From contig CAJFCJ010000001.1 in assembly GCA_904063045.1 (NCBI GenBank), forward strand, positions 3,162,001-3,226,000: a stretch of 64,000 nucleotides of DNA, in the 5' to 3' direction. This DNA is from Dimorphilus gyrociliatus. Taxonomy: Eukaryota > Animalia > Annelida. Below, in pieces: positions 41,443 through 52,287 of the stretch (position 1 is its first letter; each line of letters opens with the position of its first letter). The notes beneath the pieces were generated by a model, which had not been told where the DNA came from, made no database searches, and saw nothing but the letters and a program-made list of their open reading frames with translations. Both the position numbers and the translations under genes were made by a program.

Positions 41443-43912
41443 ACTATTCTCCTTAATTGAATTTTAAAGGAATTGAAACTAAACAAAAAAAACAAAATTA
41501 ATTTTATTGGTGTCAAAGTTAAAAAAATGAATAAATTATTTTAGTGTTCAATAGATGAATATTCATAACGCTGGTTCACTGGAGAACAAAAGTAATATTT
41601 AATAAAAAATATATATATATATATATGCATATTAATGAATATAAATGAATATATTATATTCAAATATACATCATCATTATTATTATTAATATAATACTGT
41701 ATATACAGTATATACTGTATATATACTCTATGTATATTTATATATTGAACAACAAGAGAAATAGAAAGGACCAGAAATTTTTTGTTTATTAAATAAAAGT
41801 TGTAGTTGTAAAATTTTGAATTATTAGAAATTAATAAGATGGACAATAACTAAATAGACAAAATCTTTAAATCTTAACCATATCTTCGTCTCTTTCTTCC
41901 TCTTCTTTTACATTTTCCTTTACTTCTCTAATTGTAAAGATTGTTGTGACCCAATTTCTGACTTTTTCCTTCTTTTTTAATTGCAGCCTTATACCAGTCA
42001 TATTGGTTTAATAATGTAAAGTATACTTTTTGATACACCCATACATTATACGATTAAAATTGTTTAATACCTTACAACTAGCTGAACTATTAAAACCAAA
42101 GGGTACTAGAGGGGTGGGGAGGGGTGGGAAAGAAAAAGTAACTCTCTATTCTATACACTTCATTCTGTTTTTATGGATAACTTAACAGTCTAAAGTATAA
42201 TCACGTTTAATTAATTTAAAAGAAATTAATTGTAAGGAAATTTACATAATTCTTAGTATCATTTGAATTAATTTCCTATTTATTATTAAGTTAATTTTCT
42301 AACCGCTGAATGAAAAAAAAGCATATTTCTCTCTATTTTATATATATATTTTTACTTTTCAACCTTATATATCATTAAGACAACAAAAAAATACTCTTTA
42401 CCTTATTTTTAGACGGAAAGTACGTCACGCGAAAATTTGAACATGGCGACGCTTTAGGCATTGCAATCATCAGCTAATTGATGCACATTTTTCAGGTGCG
42501 CTTGACGAAGAATTAGACAGATTATATTGTACCTATTGGCGTTTAAGCAGCTACATTTTGCAAACACCTAGGATGGGAAATCATCAATACTTTATCTTGC
42601 TAATTTTTCCTTATATTCTCTTCTACAATTTCACACTATAGTATTTGCTTTAATATATTTTTTAAACTAAAATATTTCAAAAGGATGACTGCTTGGGTAC
42701 AACCTATTTAATATATTTTTCATATCATTTGGCCAATTTATCCACGGAATGAAACTATAATGACACATATATGTTTTTTTAATTCTTCTCTATGCTATCT
42801 TCTTCTTTATTTTCTTTGTCCTCTGTATGGTCTTCCTTCTTTATCTTTATCTCTCTCTCTCTCAGTTTTTGTATTATTAGTGTTTATTTATTAAAATTAA
42901 TTCTTTACTACAATATTTCTCATTCATTTAAAGTGTTAAATTTTTAGTTAAATTAAGGAGAGCGTACTTTGAAGAGGATGAGGATCAATCACGCCTTCTT
43001 ATTGTTATCAAAATATTTCCGGTTCACTTTTTTCATTTACTTCTTTTAAGCGGAAGAGTATCTGTAAAAACTTTGTAATAAAAAAAAGAGAGGAAATCTG
43101 CAAAAATAATTCTTCCAGTTACGCTGCAAAGAAGTATAATTTTGCTGTAGTCTTTCCCATTTTTAACGGACGCCTATCTTTTCTTTTTCTATTTAGAGAA
43201 CGTAAAAAAAAAGAAGGAATACAAACAAACGCATAAAGATATAGAAATTTATTGGCAACTGCAAAAAAAAAGAAAAAGTCTTCATCTTTGCGAAATTAGC
43301 TTTTTGTGCTATTTTTTTTAAAAGAAAAAAGAGAGTAACAGCCGTGAACTTAAGTTTAAGCCTATTTGAAGAAACATATAAAAGGATAATTATCTAAAAT
43401 ACTTTACATCTCGACTGTCTCCATAGAACAGTATATAATAATATGTTAGCATATCGAATTTTACGCTTTAACTCTTTAATTTATTGACTTTTCTTTTGTC
43501 AAATAGAAAACCTTGATAAACTTATTATTAATGAATATAATAAAGATTAATTCCTATTAAAAATAATATATAGATATTTGTATATAGAGAGAAAGAGAGG
43601 AAGGGAGAAAGAGAACGAGAGAGAGAGGGAGAGAAGGAAATAGGGAAGCCGGAGTTGATACATAATTTATATTTTTTAAGTTGCTTTTTATTTAGAAGGG
43701 AATTTATCAATTTCTTTAATGAAAAGATTGTCAATTCTAATTGTTGACTCTATAGATAATTCTTCCATTTTGCGGTTGAGTATACCTGTAATTTGAGACG
43801 TCACCATCGTTTAGAGAAACCGATCTAACTACTTCTATCTATTATAGTTTTGATAAGATAGAAAAGATAAAAATTATAAAAATAATAATGTTTCATAATT
43901 TATGTCGATTAC

Positions 43913-44146
43913 CACTTGTCCAGATATTTCGATCGACTTTGCGAAGATTGTCCAAAGAACGATTTCAGAACAAACTGGAGTTGTCAAACTACCGTAATAA
44001 CGGTAATAAGTTGCTCCATTAAATTTAAATCAATTTAATTTAAATGGCTCTGTTGGCACTTTATCACCAATGCCGGTAACTTTAGGTAAAATTTTCAACA
44101 GCATCTTCTCGAATTTATTGAACGAGGAAACGTTCTTGTATTTAGC
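43913..44146 (-). CDS. Carbonic anhydrase exon 6 (GSLTTP gatekeeper loop) with internal TGA
   Basis: AKYKNV...EPFKLN*FKFNGATYYRYYGSLTTPVCSEIVLWTIF...; the frame is identical on both sides of the stop. Confidence 0.85.
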
Positions 44147-44387
44147 CTATAGGAGATGATAATACAGTATATGTTTTTTTCAATAGAGACAACAACAATG
44201 ATTTTAATGAAAAGAAATATTACTTACCACCTTAAATCTGAAAGAAAACACAGCTAAAGAATCTTCATTTATTGTCCTATTATCCCCTCTATTTGCTACA
44301 ACATGCATCTAGATGTTTGAAAAGGTATAATAATAATAATGAATGTAATGAAGAATATTTTTTTTCTTCTTTTCTTGATAGTCTTAC

Positions 44388-44539
44388 TTCTAATTCTGAT
44401 GCGACATTATTAACTAGAAGCTCGGAACCTTCGCCATCTTTATTAGACCAATGGAAATGGAATTGAGATATGTAGTAGGTTGATTTTAAACCATCACCAT
44501 CAATTCTTATATTATTTATATCGTGGGCTGAGATTTGAA
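44388..44539 (-). CDS. Carbonic anhydrase exon 4 (Zn ligands H94/H96)
   Basis: VQISAHD...SQFHFHWSNKDGEGSELLVNNVASELE; acceptor ttacag, donor GTAAGA. Confidence 0.9.
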
Positions 44540-44599
44540 CTGTAACAAATAATTAAATTGAGTTACATATTTATTAACTAATCTATTATCAATATTGAC

Positions 44600-44755
44600 C
44601 TGTATGGCCGTTATTTGCAGCTATTCCACCATTAATAAAATCATTAAATCCTCTAAGATAAAATGGTTTGTTATCTTTATCAATAGTTCGACTGGTGTCA
44701 ATATTAATGGGAGATTGTTTAATCCCGGTTGAACATATTTCAGACCAATCAGCTC
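44600..44755 (-). CDS. Carbonic anhydrase exon 3 (QSPINI...NNGHT)
   Basis: GADWSEICSTGIKQSPINIDT...AANNGHT, phase 1-1, open frame. Confidence 0.9.
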
Positions 44756-45013
44756 CTTGAAAGGTAATTCAAGGCAATAAAAAACTTATAGCTTTAATTA
44801 TTAAATAAAAGCTTACAAACCATGAAACTCGTAATTGTACAAAGAAGCTTAAGAATATCATAAAACGATTATAATTAATTTTAAATGTTTGTAACTAAGA
44901 TTTGAAACCTGTAATTCGTTTTGTTGTTACTAGAAACAGAATACATAGAATATTCAACATTACAACAGTTAAGCTGTCGAAGAAAGAGAGAGTGCGAGTG
45001 GGTGAGTGAGTGA

Positions 45014-45016
<3 letters not shown>

Positions 45017-45052
<36 letters not shown>
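45017..45052. repeat. (AG)18 microsatellite, pyrimidine tract on the CA sense strand
   Basis: Lies ~45 nt upstream of the acceptor preceding the CA start codon. Confidence 0.9.
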
Positions 45053-45056
<4 letters not shown>

Positions 45057-48000
45057 TAACAACAACAACAATTTTCAACGTGTTACTCATCAAATAAAAA
45101 ACTATTCTTTTGTAATAAAAAAAAGAAACAAAAGCAAAAAATCGAATATAAAAGAAAAGATAAAAAAGAGAAAGAAAAAGTAAGTTTTTTAAGTAAAACT
45201 ATAAAAGAAAGTGTAATATAAAGGATTATGTTGTTAAGGTTTATTTATTTACATATAAAAAGAAATACATTCTACGTTAAACCAGTCTTCTTAATTCCCT
45301 ATAGTTTTAAAAAAAGTAAATAAATAAAAATATCCGGTCAATACATGCTACTTCTTCCTTCAAAACAGTCTATGGAACGCGTCAATGGGTCTCTAATGAC
45401 CTTGTTTAGGGTTAGCTAGCGAACAACCCGACAAACGAGCGTAGGGTCAGAGTAAGGTTGAAAATTCCCTCATCTCCTTAAATAGATATTTGGCTTGGCA
45501 ATTGATTGAAGGAATAGCCTCGTAGTGTAGGAATTAAATCTACTTTTAACAATGTGTCATTTTTTGTGAGTGGCTGATTAAAAGTTGTAAGAGTGTTTGT
45601 AATTATACCTTTTATACATAATAAATGAAATGGGAAGAAGAGAGAGAAAAGAAGATAGTTTTCTTATGAGTTGTATTTATTTCGTTTTTAAATATGTCTA
45701 TGTATTTTAATATTCCATAAAGTCAATTTTAGCGTCTCTCTCTCTCTTCCTCTCCCTCTCCCACTCCCTCCCTCTCTCTCTGATCATACAGACATAACAG
45801 TCTAGTAGATTTTTTTGTGCTTCCATTCTCTTTCCCTTTCGAGATATACAATACCTTTTTAAATTAACTTTACAGCTGCAATTTCTACCGCAACTATTAC
45901 AGATAAATTTTGACGATAAACTAAAATTTATCTCTCATAATTGTTCGGTACAGAAGAGTCGCACGCAAGAGAAAATTACATATATATATATATATATATA
46001 TGATATTCTCTACGAAATTTAGCCTGCTATATTTAAGAGAAAGTTTGCCTGCTCCATTTTATATCTATTCAACAAGCAGTGTATTCAATATCTATTTAAA
46101 ATTATTTATAAATATATGGAAAATAAATATTTGAATGACAATAATTCGAAAATAGATATATTCATAATTGATATTTCAATGTGTTCTTCTTAATCATTTA
46201 ATTACTTATAAGATTGATAGGTAATTCTTTAATGTTTAGTTAATAATTAATTTTAAAGAACACACGCACGCATATATGTATACATGTTTGTATGTATAAT
46301 TTTATGTTTGTACATTCATTCATGTACTGCAAACTTGTAGAAACTTTTACTATATTAGAGGAGAGATATTTTTTATATCCGACAGATGGAGGAGTTTGTG
46401 AACTAAAAGGAAAAGTAAATTATTTTAATATACTATTGTGTTTACTTACTGAAAAGAGAAAAAAAAGGAAAAGTTTCTTTAATTTAATCTATACAAAATG
46501 GTTTATACGAAAATAAAACAATCAATTTGTATGAATTCTATGCTTTTGTTAAAATAGACAGCCATATTACTACATAAATAAGGGAAATAAAGGAAATAGA
46601 AAGAAATACTTCTTACTCTTTTATTTTTGATGTTAAATAAAAAATTTATTAGTTCAGAAAAGGAAACAAATAGAGAGAAAGAGATAGCGGCAGAAAATCA
46701 AAAAAGAACCATAAAATGAAATAAATAGACAAATTAAGAAGATTTAAGAAATATAAAGCAGCCTAAGGAAGAAGAAAAGTAAACATTCAAAGTTCTCTTC
46801 CTACATCAAAAACTTTTATATATCAAAGTTTAGTAGTGTTTATTTTTAGTTAAATTCTCTTATTGGAGCGTAAAGATTGAAGGAAAAAATTTAATTGAAT
46901 GAAAGAAATCTACTCTACATCTTCTCTTGTGTATTTTTCAATATTTTCAACAAATAATCAAAGAGTACTCAATAATATCGCTTATCTTACATTTATATAG
47001 CTATATTCGATGAAGCAGAATAAGATGTATAGATAGATAGATGAATGGATAAATAGATCTCTTTTCTTTATCTTTACGATTGCTAAATGAGTGACGATGA
47101 TAAAGTTTATAAATTTTCCCAATAGTAGAAAGTCGATATGTTTTTCTATGCTATATTCTATCTAGATCGAATGGGAAAACCCAACACAAAAGTCGTTGCC
47201 CGCTTACTTTATTGCATTTCCTCTAAAAATGACAGCAAATTAGGCTCAAATATTCCTTAAGGATAACATAAGAGTTGATATCATTGAAAATATTCAAGAA
47301 AGGAGAAATCTTTCAGCAAATTCATTACAGGTTTATAAAGAGATAAAATAGGGAAAAATGGATAAAAAGAAATATATGAAATGAAAACATCTAGTGACAT
47401 CTAGTAGCCGAAAGATACTTACGTAACTTGATTATGGAATGTTGCCTTCTCCATTAGGATGGAAGAGAAAAAGTTGTCTCCAGAGGGAGATGGGCACCAG
47501 AAAATTATATATGTTGCATATACTGGTTATATATATATATATATATAACATTTTAATGTAAGTTCATGGAAGAAAGCGATGTTTGTGTCTTTGCATCAAA
47601 CAATTTAACTATGGAATGGATAACTGGCATTATATAGCAATACATTTTAATCTCTTAGTATATGTATTCTTTATTACCAGTTTATGTTATTAAAAATATT
47701 GTTAATTGTTCATGAACGTTGAATGAAGAAAATCATTACAAATATATGGTAAATACAGTATGTTATATGAATTATAGATAAGGAATGCTGTATTCGTATT
47801 TATTAAGTTATGCCTCGCCTGTGTAGTTTCTTCGTATCTGCTTTAAACTTTAGGCAAAACTACTGTAAGGAAACAGTTATCGATGCAGTATTTTAGTTGA
47901 AAATGCTAGACAGGTGGGACTTTTTCTTCATCGGAAAGAAAATACAAAATATACACTGTATGTTAATATATAGACATATACTTGTAGATATATTTTCTGA

Positions 48001-48979
48001 ACATGTTAACTGTACTTATCTAAGAAAGGGATAAAGGAAAAAAATTGTTTTTCATTGTTTTTTTAAAGAAAAAAAGTTAAATCTTTTGTTTTCTCTTTCT
48101 TTTCAATTTCTTTAAAGTTCTATTTTTATAGCAAAGAATCCTATTGTTATTTGTCGCCTATAACAATCCATTTTAACCTCATTCTACTTATTTAATTGAT
48201 ATTTGTCGTATTGTGCTGCCATCTACGTTATGCAAACAGTTTAATGTTATTAGAAGGAATTTGAAAGCCAGTACAAAAAGAGAAAAAGGGGAAGATTTAT
48301 AATAAAAAAAGAAGATAAAATTCATAACCATTTCTTCTATTTGAAGAGAAAAATAGGATTAATTTTGACTTATGAATTAAATATTCATTTTTTTCTTTAT
48401 AAGTAAAAATTGCATTCTAAAAATGAAAGAGAAAAATTAGAGAGAAAATCTGAATAAATATTAATTGAATGGAATCACAAGATTTTTGAATAAGAAGAAG
48501 AAGTTGGGGAAAAAAGCGTTAACTTTATCATCGTAAATTTTTCATCTATCAGTCCATTATAAAAGTCAAAATTGAGATTATATCCGAAAAGAAAGTCACA
48601 TTTGCCGTAATCAATCATTATTAATAGACGGTTAACGAGTTGATAGTCACATTTTAGTCTACAAAAGAATTTATAAGACCGTTTCCTCCTCCCCCTCCTA
48701 CTCCTCCTCCAATTCCATTTATCATATATATGGCCGAAAAAACAACATAGCAGTGACGTATACAGTCACTTCTCCTTAAGGTAAAAATTTTTTATTGCCA
48801 ATTGGTCCTGATTTACTAAAGAATGTCGATTCATTTTTTTCTCTCCAGCACTTTTCACATCGATCGTAAAATAATTCTAAACAATTAAGATGCTCAGTAA
48901 ATGGTAAATTCAGAAAGGGACGCTTGCAAAAGTGTATATATTTATATATACGGTATACACAATGTATACTTTAGGTATG

Positions 48980-49029
<50 letters not shown>

Positions 49030-49125
49030 GCATATACAGTATTTACAAATATATAGACTACAAGATATTTTTGTATTATTCTTGATAGATAGAAAAGATG
49101 ATTACATAATAGGAAATCTACTACA

Positions 49126-49167
49126 GAAGAAGAAGAAGAAGAAGAAGAAGAAGAAGAAGAAGAAGAA
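49126..49167. repeat. (GAA)14 microsatellite
   Basis: Read directly; explains the poly-Lys and poly-Ser ORFs. Confidence 0.9.
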
Positions 49168-50699
49168 GGAGAAGGAATTTTTGTCATGCTTATATTTTTC
49201 TATAATCTAATTTAAGCTATTGCTCTATATAAAATAAAATTGGAAAAAATTGCCTACATACCCTCTTGTTTTCATCAAAGAACATAGTTATTTCATTAAA
49301 AACTGAGGAATTATGCCAATAGCTAATTGTATAAAACTTCTATGAGTTGGTAAGATATTTTATTCATCTTAGTTTATATGTATTAAATGATAGATAGAAC
49401 GCTATCATCTCAAGAATTATTCCTTGAACAATCTCCGTAATTATAATTTTAGGGTAAGGAATAACGAGAAAAGGCAACTGCAGTAATAACTTTCTAAAGA
49501 ATTTTACAGATTATACAAGAAAAAGGCAAATTTTAAGTAGGAATACTTAAATGTATATTAGGGTTATCTGGAACAGTCAGGACAATTGGAGGTATATTAA
49601 AGAGAGAATCATTAAATAACAAAAACGAATGAATAAAAGCCACACCTGATCATCAGGCAAATTTAGAAAAAGAAAACTCTGCAGTAAACAACTCAATTTT
49701 CTCTCTAGATTAAACTAAACTCTTTCTTAATAGCTCAGATGGCTTGTCCTACAATTGGCAGGACTTCTAATAGGAGAAAGTAATTTTATGATAATATTAT
49801 GAAGTAGAGATGAGGTTTTTGTATAAAAGAGAAACTATGAAGAAATTAAGGTAGAAGACTGACGCTGATATCTTAGAAAATTATTTTATTTTTCAAGATG
49901 AAAACTTTATTTCAGTGCAAATTAAAGCAGCAATGACATAGGGATTTAGAGACAAGATTGTCTCTTAAGACTAAAATAACCTTATTCTGGACTTGTCAGT
50001 ATCCTCCCTAGTTTTTAATATAACTGTTTTATACCTTGTATATCAACGAAGGGAGGCGAATGTGAACTTTCAAATTTGATTTAGCTAACTGCTATTATAT
50101 AAAGTGTAAACTAAGGAAAAACAAGAGAATAATTGATAAATACACTTTGATTAAAGGCAACTTGCAAGTTCATGCTATTTATATATTTATATATATAGTA
50201 AATAGATATATGTATAATCACGTTCGTATGTATATGCAAAGCATAAATTAATTAATTTATTAATTAATTTTCAATGATATTATCATAATGAAACTTTACA
50301 GATAGTTATATTCAATTTTATAAGCGGCAAATTTTTTTTAAAGATTGGAAACGTCTTTCTTTTCTTTTTTCCTGTCAAAAAAGGCCAAATGAAGGGTGCA
50401 AATCAAAAAGAAGTTGCACATAGTGAACGAGAGAAGCTCGATATTATTTATAAAAAGAATGCCAAGTATACAAATTAGTACAAAAGCTACTTATACAATA
50501 TAATATATACAGTTATAATGCAGGAAAAAGAGAGATTTTTGGAACAGCAGAATAAAATGGCAGAAAAAATTTAAGTATATATAGATATACTTTTACTGGA
50601 CATATAATATAAACTGTATATGTATGTACAGTATTCTGAATAAATGCAATATATACATTGTATACATGGAAAAACACGAATTCTTCTTATAGTAAATTC

Positions 50700-50705
50700 G
50701 TATAC

Positions 50706-50736
<31 letters not shown>

Positions 50737-50840
50737 GATATATAGATATATACAATATGTATATATACAATATATACAATATGTATATATACAATATATA
50801 CAATGTATATATACAATATATATATATATATATATATACA
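50700..50840. repeat. TA-derived minisatellite (TATATACAATATG-like units)
   Basis: Imperfect tandem units within (TA)n; explains four overlapping junk ORFs. Confidence 0.75.
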
Positions 50841-52177
50841 TATAAATTCACAAAACAAACTATTGCCTTTCGAAACCACCGGAATGCATAGCGAGAAAAC
50901 AGCAGACGGCAAAACGGCGTCAAATTAGCCCAATTTTTACAGCGTTGCGGGCGATGTACAACAAAGCAGAAACGACGAAGAAAATTCGGCGTCGTGGCGT
51001 CACTCTGATGGCAGATGACGCCAAACTACGTTCTATTTCGACGTGCAACCTGGCTCTCGATTCTGTTAAAAAAAGACAAGAAAAAAAATATGCTTAGTTA
51101 GTTAGTATTCGGCATTTTCTTGTGAAATTTGAAGATGCGTGGCATTTGCAATAGGAAAAAAAGAACAAGATGAAAGAAAATATCTTTAAGAACTGATTGA
51201 TAATGATTAGACAGCATTTTATTAGATAGACAGAAAATTATTATTAATTGATAACAAAAGTGCAATTTTATCGTTTCAATACTAAGAATATTATAGTGAT
51301 TAAGTAAAGCTTTCGGCCCTTTTTTTTGAACTAGTCATAAATGAAGCTTACAGGTCAAGTCAAATAATTAGGTATTATCTTCAAAACTAACTAGTTATTT
51401 TAGTAATTGGTCAGTAAAAACAGTCAGTCTTTACCCTTATGGGGAAAAAAAAGAGCAAAGCCTTATACGGCTTCCTGAGTATTTGATTGTGAGCTTAAAT
51501 AAGGAAATATTCCAGGTTCTTTCAAGGTCTCTTTCCTTTCTTTATCTCTCTCGCTCTCTCTCTCTCGATCACTCGCTCGCTTGCTATCTCTCTCTCTCTC
51601 TCTCTCTCTCTCAAACTCTCCCATTTTATTCGTTTTCTCTTCATGTACGAAATAGTAGCTTATTTTATAATCTTAAGAGAAAGGAGAGAAAGAGAGAAAA
51701 CAATAGATAGACAGACAAATAGAGATCTAGAGACATTGAAAGAAAAACTTGTCAAGAGTTCAGAATAGCTAAGATAGAAATAATAAGTAAATGTAATTAA
51801 TATTCATGAACTTAAAACATCCTTATCCTCGACACATATCGACATATATTGTTTATTCTGCACAGGTAAACGTTCGTACGCGTTCGTTTGATTTTGCATG
51901 TGCAAAAAAAAAAACAGAAAAAGAAAAAGAACGCTTTTATAGACTTTAAAGAATGAAATATATATATATATATGTACAGTATATATATAATAATAATAAT
52001 AATCATAATAGAAATAATAACTAGACGCTCTCTTTCTCACTAAGCTATGATGTAAATATTTAAAATTTGCTGTTTTTCACTTTGTAAAAGTATATCGACA
52101 AAGTTTGCCAACCTAAACAACAACATTTTGGAGAACAGCTGCAAAACTGTTTATTTATAGAATTAGCATTTTTGACT

Positions 52178-52287
52178 CTAGAAAGAATCGCGTAAAAATT
52201 TTCCGTAATTTTCTTTCCAGTCTTTGAGCAAGTTTTTCCATTCGGCATACTGCAATTTCCACTCTTTTTCCTGTTCACTAATGTTTG
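52178..52287 (-). CDS. ace: AChE T-peptide (WAT domain) exon
   Basis: tttaaacag| phase 1 join gives ANISEQEKEWKLQYAEWKNLLKDWKENYGKFLRDSF*, with W-x6-W-x6-W spacing; a different frame from the ORF-track call. Confidence 0.9.

Larger units (their letters stand above)
43737..44960 (-). pseudogene. Secreted alpha-carbonic anhydrase gene (7 exons, 267 codons) with one in-frame TGA; null allele/young pseudogene, recoded gene or assembly error
   Basis: Exons 44960-44909, 44847-44821, 44755-44600, 44539-44388, 44308-44228, 44146-43913 and 43838-43737 are joined by 60-81 nt GT-AG introns in matching phases. Motifs: signal peptide, C-x-x-G-x-x-QSPINI, NNGHT, QFHFHW, ELEMH, YYRYYGSLTTPVC, NYR-x-x-QP-x-NGR. 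TGA at 44032-44030. AATAAA at 43692-43687. Confidence 0.88.

Noticed and set aside
43700-43736. SECIS-like TTGA...AAA...GA in the CA 3' UTR
   Set aside because: The core is UUGA rather than AUGA/GUGA, the helix II arms are 9 versus 5 nt, and AATAAA follows within 45 nt of the stop.
44030-44032. Alternative genetic code (UGA = Trp)
   Set aside because: mbl terminates at TGA after a plausible QRF end, and the 1470-nt AChE exon uses TGG for all its Trp.
48932-51710. Poly-K, poly-S, poly-RE, poly-IY and poly-SL ORFs
   Set aside because: Direct products of GAA, CT and TA microsatellites.
52060-52278. ORF-track Cys-rich 72-aa protein
   Set aside because: Off-frame reading of the AChE T-peptide exon and UTR.
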